A stretch of 32,000 nucleotides of DNA from Candidatus Babelota bacterium. GTDB taxonomy: Bacteria; Babelota; Babeliae; Babelales; Vermiphilaceae. The position numbers and the translations under genes were made by a program. The stretch covers positions 600,001 to 632,000 of the forward strand of contig JBDHVY010000001.1 of assembly GCA_039809905.1 (NCBI GenBank). Reading direction: 5' to 3'. Under the pieces are notes generated by a model. It did no database searches, was not told the DNA's origin, and saw only the letters and a program-made list of their open reading frames with translations. Positions 23,284 to 30,919 of the stretch are shown in pieces; position 1 is the stretch's first letter, and the number at the start of each line of letters is the position of its first letter.

Positions 23284-25143
23284 TTAGCAGAGGTATTTAG
23301 TAATAATATCTTTGAATGATTGGTTTTCAACAAAAAAGTCTCGTATATATTCATATAATGGCTGAGATATATGATTAAGCACAGAAGTATTTTCTTTTTT
23401 TGCTCTGAATAATTGTATTAATGCATAGAAATCAACAAAATTCATGTTTTTTGACAAATCAACAAGAGGGATATTTTCTGTATCCGTAATCAGTTCTGTT
23501 GTTATTGATTTGTATTTATCAAACGTTGTTATTAAAGATCTTCCGTTGTTTGTCATTCCTACCCCCCTAATAGATGGTTCTGCAAAATCAATGGTGCCGA
23601 CGCAGTTGCCAGTTGTGTGATTATATAATTTAACGCAACTAGAGGCACAGCCATTGTTTGTTGCTATGCAGGCAATCGGCGAATGTGGAATTGAGCATGC
23701 AGCTGCATAGATATTTTCGTCTTCTTTTCCCTCTTGTGTTGCCGTTTTGCTTAAAAAAGCCCCTGAAAGAAGATCAAAAAAGAATGTTGCGTATTGTGTT
23801 GAAATAGCAACAATATTTTGTTGAGGGTAGTTAAAGGTAATAGTTGCTTCAGCAGAACGTTTTGTAGGAATTTTAATTGATTGTAATTCTTTAATATTAT
23901 TTAGATTGCTCGTGTCCCATATCATAAATATGTGACCTTCAAATTTCCGATGTGCAAGGCAACCAATAAGTCTTGTATCATTATAATTAAAGGTTAGTTC
24001 TAATGGCCATGATTGAGAAAGAGCAGATTCTCCACTAGGCAACTTTAAAGTATTGACTACTTTTTTCTTTTGAAGAGAAAATAATTCTACTTCTCCTGGT
24101 TTTCCTGATGCAAGAATTGTTGATGCATTATTAAAACAAGGTGCTGTATTAAAGTTACAAGCTGGAACAATGATTGTATCTGATAAATAGTCATTATCAG
24201 AATCATCCAAACAGGTGAGCATAAATTTGCTGTTTTGCTGTCCTATCATAGCATAAGAGCTAGTAACAAGCCATTTGCCATCAGGGCTCAATGAAGCCCT
24301 ATTAATGAGTGAGCCATGGGTAATAGCTGGAATTTCCAAAGTTCCCTGAATTATACCAAATTCATTATCTTTTTTTTCAACAATAAAGTGATTTGTTTTT
24401 GGAGAAAGAAGTATTAAAGGTAGTTCTTCTTGTTCACTATTTTTTACTAAAACGAGACTCGGTTGTCCATTAAAATTATGTATATTAAGATCTTTAACCT
24501 TAGGCATATCGATAGGGCTGCCTCTTTGAGAAATTTTTCTCAAACAATCGTCTTGATTGTAAGAATACGCTGGTGCTTGTATGATTGATTGATTGGTTAT
24601 ATTATCGATAATCATACAAGATTTAAGATGCACAAAAAGTTGATTGAATTGTTTAGGGCAATATTTTTTAATAATACGGTTTAAGACAACAGGGTGATCG
24701 AGCCATTGAACAGCAAGCTGCGCTGTTAAGCGTAAAGCATGTAATTTTTTTGTACCATCACTCAATTGTGCACCTGCAGCGATAGTGAGTACGCGTTGTT
24801 TATCAGGGGTAAGTTTTTTAAAATATTTTGAAAAAGATTTTGATTGTTGATGACCGATATTTTTATTGAGCGATGTATCAAAAAGAGTTATTTCTTCTGT
24901 TGTAATGTTGGGAATGATAATAGGATTTTTTTTATTCTGAGAATAATAGCATTCACATAATGTGTTTGATTCTTTTTTTACTTTCCATTTTTCAATTGAA
25001 TAGGTTGATCCGTCATCTAGTTGAAGATTTATTTTGTTTTTTGTTGTTGGCGCATCCATGGAAATAAGAGAAGCTGAGTATATTAATAGAAAAATGATAA
25101 CGTAATAATCAATTGACCAAAACTGAGCAAAAGTATAGCGCAT
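23284..25143 (-). CDS. Signal-peptide protein: possible Skp1/BTB-POZ-like N-terminal segment plus probable beta-propeller (619 aa)
   Basis: SD AGGATGAAG lies upstream, 30 nt downstream of mlaF on the same strand. N-terminus is ...YYVIIFLLIYSASLIS|MD. Blade-like starts are SLSPDGKWLVTSS, LTFNYNDTRLIGC, ITFNYPQQNIVAIST and GMTNNGRSLITT. The N-terminal segment KINLQLDDGSTYSIEKW...NPIIIPNITTEEITLF is discussed under findings. Confidence 0.6.
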   Translation of the reverse strand: MRYTFAQFWSIDYYVIIFLLIYSASLISMDAPTTKNKINLQLDDGSTYSIEKWKVKKESNTLCECYYSQNKKNPIIIPNITTEEITLFDTSLNKNIGHQQSKSFSKYFKKLTPDKQRVLTIAAGAQLSDGTKKLHALRLTAQLAVQWLDHPVVLNRIIKKYCPKQFNQLFVHLKSCMIIDNITNQSIIQAPAYSYNQDDCLRKISQRGSPIDMPKVKDLNIHNFNGQPSLVLVKNSEQEELPLILLSPKTNHFIVEKKDNEFGIIQGTLEIPAITHGSLINRASLSPDGKWLVTSSYAMIGQQNSKFMLTCLDDSDNDYLSDTIIVPACNFNTAPCFNNASTILASGKPGEVELFSLQKKKVVNTLKLPSGESALSQSWPLELTFNYNDTRLIGCLAHRKFEGHIFMIWDTSNLNNIKELQSIKIPTKRSAEATITFNYPQQNIVAISTQYATFFFDLLSGAFLSKTATQEGKEDENIYAAACSIPHSPIACIATNNGCASSCVKLYNHTTGNCVGTIDFAEPSIRGVGMTNNGRSLITTFDKYKSITTELITDTENIPLVDLSKNMNFVDFYALIQLFRAKKENTSVLNHISQPLYEYIRDFFVENQSFKDIITKYLC

Positions 25144-25173
25144 GCTTCATCCTGTTTTTTTAGAAAAATAGTT

Positions 25174-25968
25174 CTATGCCTTATCTTTAAAGTGCGGAAT
25201 TTCTTGAGAAATTGGTCCCTTCAAATCACCACGAATAAATTGATGAATGTAAGGATTATCAGATTCCCATATTGTTTGAGCATCACCAAAATATTGAATT
25301 TTGCCTTCGTGAAGCAAAGCAACTTTATCAGCGTACTTAAATGTCTCTACATCATGTGAAATAACGACAGACGTTAATTTGAGTTTTTTTTGCATATCAA
25401 ACATAAGTTCATGAATCACGTGAGACGTGATTGGATCAAGACCTGTGGTTGGCTCATCATATAAAATAATTTCTGGATTGGTGACAAGTGTGCGTGCCAA
25501 TCCTACTCGTTTTCTCATACCACCTGATAATTCAGAAGGGTATTTGTATAAGTTTTCTTCTGATAATTGTACCAGCGCCAATTTTTCTTTAACAATAGGC
25601 AAAATCTCTTTTTCTGATTTGCCTTGTTCAATAAGTGTGATGCCAATATTTTCATAAATATTTAATGAATCAAGAAGTGCCGCAAACTGGAAAACATATC
25701 CAAACTTACTGAAACAATCATCAAGATCTTTGCCTTGCAACTGAGTAATATCCGCTCCATCAATAATAATGCTGCCTGATGTTGGTTGAATAAGACCAAT
25801 AACTTGTTTAAGTAAAACAGATTTACCTTCACCAGACCGACCAATAATGATAGTCATCAGCCCTTCAGGAATATCAAGATTAACTCCACGCGTAACCCAA
25901 TGACCATCAAACTCTTTTTGCAGATCGATGATTTTAATTTTAGTTTTATGTGAAGTTTCTTTTTTCAT
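25174..25968 (-). CDS. mlaF: ABC transporter ATP-binding protein, MlaF-like
   Basis: Walker A GRSGEGKS, signature LSGGMRKRVGLARTL, Walker B IILYDEPTTGLD, H-loop ISHD. It lies immediately downstream of the MlaE-like permease. Confidence 0.85.
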   Translation of the reverse strand: MKKETSHKTKIKIIDLQKEFDGHWVTRGVNLDIPEGLMTIIIGRSGEGKSVLLKQVIGLIQPTSGSIIIDGADITQLQGKDLDDCFSKFGYVFQFAALLDSLNIYENIGITLIEQGKSEKEILPIVKEKLALVQLSEENLYKYPSELSGGMRKRVGLARTLVTNPEIILYDEPTTGLDPITSHVIHELMFDMQKKLKLTSVVISHDVETFKYADKVALLHEGKIQYFGDAQTIWESDNPYIHQFIRGDLKGPISQEIPHFKDKA

Positions 25969-25979
25969 AATAACTCTTT

Positions 25980-26759
25980 TTACAAGTGCTCAAGTAATTT
26001 GGTCAAGAAATAATTAGAGATCAAAATTAATATTGAACTTGCAACTACCGATTGAGTTGTTGCAGTACCAACACCTCGCGCACCACCATGAGTATACATT
26101 CCTTTATATGTTCCTACCCATGAAAGAATAAGCCCAAAGATTGCAGCTTTTTTCAATCCACCGTAAATATCTGTTAATTCAACATAATTACGTATACTGC
26201 TTTCATAATCTTCTGGACTTAGTTCAAGCACGTAAACACATACAATGTAACCGCCAATGATACCAAAAAACATAGAAAATAAGGTTAAAAAAGGTAAAAT
26301 TATGGTGCTTGCAAGAATACGAGGGACAACAAGATACTGAAAAATATTGATACGCAAGGTCGTCAGCGCATCAACTTGCTCGGTAATAATCATAGTACCA
26401 ATTTCTGCCGTAATAGCTGATCCAGCGCGACCAGTTACCATTAATGCAGTAAGCACAGGTCCCAATTCTCTGATTAATCCTAATGCGACGATTGCACCGA
26501 TAAATTGTTCTCCACCAACGCGTTGAAAGCCAATATAGGTTTGTAATGCAAGAACCATTCCCGTAAATAATCCCGTCAAAACAACAATACTCAAAGATTC
26601 AACACCAATCCGATTCATTTGGAAAAATGTTTTAGAAACTTTGAGTTTTGTGCTGAAAAATGTTTTAACTGCTTCCAGAAAAAAAAGAGTAAAACTACCT
26701 AAAGCTGTACATGTATTAATAACCAAAGCACCCAAAAAAGTAGCAAATTGAATAAACAC
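25980..26759 (-). CDS. mlaE: ABC transporter permease, MlaE/YrbE family
   Basis: GRAGSAITAEIGTMIITEQVDALTTL is the hallmark MlaE motif. There are about 5 TM segments. GTG start with GAGGT as SD. Confidence 0.85.
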   Translation of the reverse strand: MFIQFATFLGALVINTCTALGSFTLFFLEAVKTFFSTKLKVSKTFFQMNRIGVESLSIVVLTGLFTGMVLALQTYIGFQRVGGEQFIGAIVALGLIRELGPVLTALMVTGRAGSAITAEIGTMIITEQVDALTTLRINIFQYLVVPRILASTIILPFLTLFSMFFGIIGGYIVCVYVLELSPEDYESSIRNYVELTDIYGGLKKAAIFGLILSWVGTYKGMYTHGGARGVGTATTQSVVASSILILISNYFLTKLLEHL

Positions 26760-26786
26760 ATTGAACCTCGTGCTTATGCTCTTTTT

Positions 26787-27110
26787 TTATTCTTCATCAC
26801 TGGTGATTGGCGCAGAAGCTGGTTGTGGGAGTGTTTGTTGAGCCATAGTTTTGGTGTTGATATATCTAAATTTTTTGTGCTCTGTTGATTTCATTAAAGA
26901 AAGTATCATTGCGCCTACCATAAAAATAGATCCAAGAACCCAGGTAATTTTTTGAAAAAGATCTTGTCCGCCACCACCGCCAAAAATCATTTGAGCGCCG
27001 CCACCCAGGCCACCTAGTCCAAGGCCGCCTTTGCCTTTTTGCATAAGAATAATAAGAACGAGTAAAAAGCAGTTAATTAGGTAAAGAGTGAGTAAAAATC
27101 CATATAACAT
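26787..27110 (-). CDS. secG: Preprotein translocase subunit SecG
   Basis: 107 aa with two TM helices flanking the Gly-rich loop LMQKGKGGLGLGGLGGGAQMIFGGGGG. SD AAAGGAAA lies upstream. Confidence 0.85.
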   Translation of the reverse strand: MLYGFLLTLYLINCFLLVLIILMQKGKGGLGLGGLGGGAQMIFGGGGGQDLFQKITWVLGSIFMVGAMILSLMKSTEHKKFRYINTKTMAQQTLPQPASAPITSDEE

Positions 27111-27263
27111 AATTTTCCTTTCATCTGAAGTGTCATAAATCTGAGTATAGCAGGTTTAAATTTTTTTGTAGTATTTTTAGATTTTGTCTATTTTTATAAA
27201 AATTATATAGTTTTTTGGAGTTACTCAAAGAGATAGTAGAGTTGTGGTAAAAAGGAGAAAGTC

Positions 27264-27878
27264 ATGAGAAAAAATGTGATGATAAGTTTGGTATTGTTGG
27301 CTATTACTCAAGCCTTACTTGCGTGCGAAGATAATAAAGTGTTAACGCCTGTTCTTCAGCAACCAAAAGAATTACCGACACCCTTGGTTATCGGCAACAA
27401 GGCAATAAGCCAAAGAAGGTTGTTAAAATTATCTGATGACCAACAAGAAGAACTTCATAGAATATCCCATCCAGGGACTATTGCACGGTGCTTTGGTTAC
27501 AATAGCCAGGTGATTTCTCCTCAAGATGTCAAAACAATTAATACTATGCCTGATTGGATAAGAAAAGATATGAAAGTTAAAGTTCTTACCGTAAATCATT
27601 CTTGTTGTGTTAGTGGCCCCGTTGACCGTCATGATAATTATACAGGAAAGGCTGCTGCACTCACAGGCATAGCATCGGGTCTTGCAGGTTGTGTTTTTTA
27701 TACGGTTATGTTTTTCGGCCCAAATTGTCCATGGAGTTTTTGTGCTATTCCAATAGCTGGCGTCCCTCCGATGTGCGCAGCCGGATGTGCAGAATGCAGC
27801 AGTTGTATATATCATCGCTATTATGCTGAACGACAAGAATACGCATATGCTGATCACAATGAAATTAGTAGTGAGTAA
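27264..27878 (+). CDS. Cys-rich, hydrophobic-tailed family, member 2 (204 aa; probable lipoprotein signal LLA|C)
   Basis: SD AAGGAG lies upstream. N-terminus MRKNVMISLVLLAITQALLAC has a lipobox-like end. Family motifs are PLVIGNKAIS, LSDDQQEEL and NTMPDWIRKD, then HSCC and a Cys/Gly-rich hydrophobic tail. Its 3' end overlaps the tpiA 3' end by 14 nt. Confidence 0.7.
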   Translation: MRKNVMISLVLLAITQALLACEDNKVLTPVLQQPKELPTPLVIGNKAISQRRLLKLSDDQQEELHRISHPGTIARCFGYNSQVISPQDVKTINTMPDWIRKDMKVKVLTVNHSCCVSGPVDRHDNYTGKAAALTGIASGLAGCVFYTVMFFGPNCPWSFCAIPIAGVPPMCAAGCAECSSCIYHRYYAERQEYAYADHNEISSE

Positions 27879-28605
27879 TAATTGAAAAAAATTGCTCAAA
27901 ATGAGTGCTCGCGTTGCCAATTAAAAAGCCATCAATGCGAGCTATTTTTTTTAATTGTGCAATATTTTTTTCATTAACGCTTCCTCCATACAATAATTGT
28001 GGAGTGTAATCAGGTGCATGTGATCCAATGATTTTTCTAATCCACGCAAAAACTTCTTCAAGGTAACTGTTTTCTGGGATAATGCCATTCCCAATTGACC
28101 ATATCGGCTCATATGCAATAATAAGACGCATATTTGTTGCAGATATATTTTCAAGAATTGGGTTTAGTTGTTCTTTCAATACGGTGAGCGTTGCTTTTGT
28201 TTTAAAATGTTCTTGAGTTTCTCCAATACAAATGATTGGTTGAATATTATTCTGAAGCAATAGATTTGCTTTTTCAATAATTACATCAGTTGTTTCGCCA
28301 AAATATATGCGCCGTTCACTGTGTCCCACAAAGCAATACGTAACACCTATTTCTGCTAATGATTGTGCAGATATTTCTCCGGTATAAGATCCCGATTCAT
28401 AGTGCGAACAATTTTGTGCACCGATTTTAATAGAGCTATTTTTTAATATTTCTATCATTGGTGCAAGTGCAATAAATGATGGACATAAAACAATTTCGGC
28501 ATTATTAGTGAGAATTTGTAGTTGTTTTAAATTATTTAAACAAAAATTTACGCTGTTGCCAAAGCTCATATTCATTTTCCAATTAGCGATATAAAGTGGC
28601 TTCAT
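27865..28605 (-). CDS. tpiA: Triosephosphate isomerase
   Basis: Catalytic motifs are ANWKMN (Lys), VGHSERR (His) and AYEPIWSIGNG (Glu), plus the GGSV phosphate loop. Confidence 0.93.
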   Translation of the reverse strand: MKPLYIANWKMNMSFGNSVNFCLNNLKQLQILTNNAEIVLCPSFIALAPMIEILKNSSIKIGAQNCSHYESGSYTGEISAQSLAEIGVTYCFVGHSERRIYFGETTDVIIEKANLLLQNNIQPIICIGETQEHFKTKATLTVLKEQLNPILENISATNMRLIIAYEPIWSIGNGIIPENSYLEEVFAWIRKIIGSHAPDYTPQLLYGGSVNEKNIAQLKKIARIDGFLIGNASTHFEQFFSIITHY

Positions 28606-28904
28606 TTTAAATCCTGATTTTTAGATAACGATAAAAAGATTATATGGTGATAGTAGCATACAATTTTTTTTATAAGGATTGTTTTTTACATAATTTTCGT
28701 TCTAATAATTGGTAAGTATTATAGTTTTATATTATCGATGAGGCGGAATGAAATTTACTTATATTGGTTTTTTAATATACTCTTTGTAGTTGCAAAAAAT
28801 AGTTTTTTAATTATAAAAATAAGGGAAAAATAAGATAAGATCTCATAATACATAATCGTCTATAAATACAAAGATATATAATTAACATCTTTTAAGGATT
28901 TCAT

Positions 28905-29414
28905 ATGCAAAAAAAATTGATGGCATTAAGTTTTATGATTTTTACTCTATTGAATAATTCTGTTGTGTATGCTTCACAAAAATCTTCAGACGGTGTAAAC
29001 GGGATAAAAGCTGCAGTTGTAATTGCTGGGCTTGGAACAATAACGGGAGCTGGAGCTAAAGCTACACAAATGAATCAAGACTATGCAAAAAATAAAAAGT
29101 CACCAGATTTTAAAATGCGTGCTACTAAGGCTGTTGGAGCTGCTGCGATACTAGTGGGCACTGATTTATTATTGGGTGATACTAAAAATACAAAGCAAAA
29201 TTTGGCTAAGTTAGCAGCATTCTCCGTTTCTTTGTTGGCTATTACTGACACAGCAGCTAATATTGTACGAGAATTACCAATAATAGGTGGTCTTCTTACT
29301 GATCCGGTTGATGAGCATGGTAAAGAACAAAAAGATTCTGGGGCTTATGCTCGTGGTCTTTTAGTGTATGTTCCACTACGTGAATTGGCACTTAAATGTG
29401 CAAACAATATTTAG
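28905..29414 (+). CDS. Hypothetical exported/membrane protein (169 aa, Ala/Gly-rich hydrophobic segments)
   Basis: SD AAGGA lies upstream. Signal peptide is ...LLNNSVVYA|SQ. A terminator follows. No domain recognised. Confidence 0.55.
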   Translation: MQKKLMALSFMIFTLLNNSVVYASQKSSDGVNGIKAAVVIAGLGTITGAGAKATQMNQDYAKNKKSPDFKMRATKAVGAAAILVGTDLLLGDTKNTKQNLAKLAAFSVSLLAITDTAANIVRELPIIGGLLTDPVDEHGKEQKDSGAYARGLLVYVPLRELALKCANNI

Positions 29415-29435
29415 AATAAAATAGCTGAAATTGTT

Positions 29436-29465
29436 AAAAAAGCCTTCTCACGAGAAGGCTTTTTT
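29436..29465. terminator. Bidirectional rho-independent terminator
   Basis: Stem agccttc (29441-29447) pairs with gaaggct (29454-29460). It is flanked by A5 upstream and T5 downstream and lies between convergent genes. Confidence 0.7.
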
Positions 29466-29475
29466 AATTTTGAGA

Positions 29476-29994
29476 TTATTGCGCAGAAAAATAAGCGTTA
29501 TATCGTTTAACATAATTGTCATGTATCATTTTACAATTATCACGGTCTTCTTGAGTAGAACTGTCTCTTGAACATAGTCCAAATTCTTTTATTTTGTCTT
29601 CAACATGCATACGATATTTTAATTCCTGATGTACAAGAAGTTGTCGTTGTTCTTCAGCATCGTTAGCATTGCGTTGAACTTCTGTTTTTTTTTCAAACAA
29701 AGTAAGAGCAACGTAATTCGGATCATTTTTTAATTCAAGATCTTTTATTTTTTTTTGTTTAGTGAGATTTTTTAATTCAGTATCTTCGTAATACATATCA
29801 ATTTGATGTGATATTATTGTTACAAGAATTCCAGATACGCAGGCAGATAATAGAGGATTTTCCTTTGCTGCGTTATTAATGCTTTGATATGCAGTTGAAA
29901 ATGGATTGCTGTAGATTTTTCCACTACATGCAAAAAGTAAAATAAGATGCAAAAATAATGGTAGTTTATTTTTTATGTGAGAAAAATTGAACAC
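29476..29994 (-). CDS. Hypothetical lipoprotein with coiled-coil region (172 aa from GTG start)
   Basis: GTG at 29994 is preceded by AAGGA and gives (M)FNFSHIKNKLPLFLHLILLFA|CSG, a classical lipoprotein signal with lipobox. The ATG-initiated ORF extending to 30054 adds 20 unlikely residues. Confidence 0.55.
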   Translation of the reverse strand: MFNFSHIKNKLPLFLHLILLFACSGKIYSNPFSTAYQSINNAAKENPLLSACVSGILVTIISHQIDMYYEDTELKNLTKQKKIKDLELKNDPNYVALTLFEKKTEVQRNANDAEEQRQLLVHQELKYRMHVEDKIKEFGLCSRDSSTQEDRDNCKMIHDNYVKRYNAYFSAQ

Positions 29995-30100
29995 AGTTAT
30001 TTTCCTTAGTGGATTTAATTTGATTAATACTGAATTTAATAGAAAATATATCATTTTTTAATAATATTGCACATGTATACAAAAAGGGTTTTGATGCATT

Positions 30101-30850
30101 ATGAAAATAAAAAAATATAAAATAGTATTGTTGCTAATGTCTTATGTTATATGCCATACGCAAAAATTATGCTGTATGACTCTTTCAGATCGTTTACATG
30201 GCAAGCGAAATGTTATAGCTGTTCAAGAATCTTTTCTGTGTTCTGGTAAGCATGGAGCATTTGCGGTTATTCCATTAGACCTACAGGGAAAAATTGTTAA
30301 AAATATATTAACTCTTTTGGTTTATCAAGGTAATAATTTTGAAAGATATATTGATAGAGAAGAACTGGATAAATGTATTTTAACACAAAATCCAATTGTG
30401 TTGGGCCATAAGAATATTCAGGACTTTTGTTCTGTGGTAAATCAATGTACCAATCAAAAAATCCACAAATGCTCATTGCATGATATGTATCTTTTGCCAT
30501 TTTCTCAAAGAAATATAATTACCAATATTGGTTCGTTATCTTTTTGTTCTTTTCCTAAAGAATTATTTGAAGATGAATATGATGCAATAAAAAATATGCC
30601 ATTGGAGAAAGGTCTTACCATAAATGTTGTTCCTCGATCTCGATTGGTATATTTATTGAATAAAATTGAGATAGTCAGTTGTATATGTGCTGGTGGAGGA
30701 TTTGTTGGTGTTTGTTACTTGAGATTAATGGATCCTCTTTCGATGCTTTTTCTCATTCCAGCAAAAATTTGTTTTGCGGGAACTGGATGTGCTTTTTTGG
30801 CAGAGGGATTAAAAAACTGTTTTATAGATGTTAAAAAGGTTCATTTATAG
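30101..30850 (+). CDS. Cys-rich, hydrophobic-tailed family, member 3 (249 aa)
   Basis: N-terminal hydrophobic segment is KIVLLLMSYVICHTQKLCC|M. Family motifs are VIPLDLQGKI, PIVLGHK, SFPKELFE and NMPLEKG, then VSCICAGGG and a two-segment hydrophobic tail. Confidence 0.65.
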   Translation: MKIKKYKIVLLLMSYVICHTQKLCCMTLSDRLHGKRNVIAVQESFLCSGKHGAFAVIPLDLQGKIVKNILTLLVYQGNNFERYIDREELDKCILTQNPIVLGHKNIQDFCSVVNQCTNQKIHKCSLHDMYLLPFSQRNIITNIGSLSFCSFPKELFEDEYDAIKNMPLEKGLTINVVPRSRLVYLLNKIEIVSCICAGGGFVGVCYLRLMDPLSMLFLIPAKICFAGTGCAFLAEGLKNCFIDVKKVHL

Positions 30851-30919
30851 AATGAGTTTTCCAGAAGAAGTTTTATTAGGTGCTAGAAATAAAAAATGTA
30901 TTTTTAAAAGAAGTAAAAT

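Noticed and set aside
27111-27263. Search for a relic of the tpiA 3' end upstream of family member 2, analogous to the dcd scar
   Set aside because: There is only a ~12-19-nt weak match (ctctttgagtaa versus cattttgagcaa on the minus strand), which is not distinguishable from chance in AT-rich sequence. No comparable relics were seen around members 3 and 4 or around the WD40/EEP inserts.
27429-27920. 163-aa minus-strand ORF overlapping family member 2
   Set aside because: It is antisense to an ORF that has a consensus SD, a lipoprotein-type signal and clear paralogues. The antisense ORF has no SD and no recognisable features. It is a likely shadow ORF in Cys/Gly-codon-rich sequence.
29995-30054. 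ATG-initiated 20-codon N-terminal extension of the lipoprotein ORF
   Set aside because: A GTG at 29994 preceded by AAGGA yields a textbook lipoprotein signal peptide. The extension would bury the signal behind an extra hydrophobic segment. The call remains uncertain.
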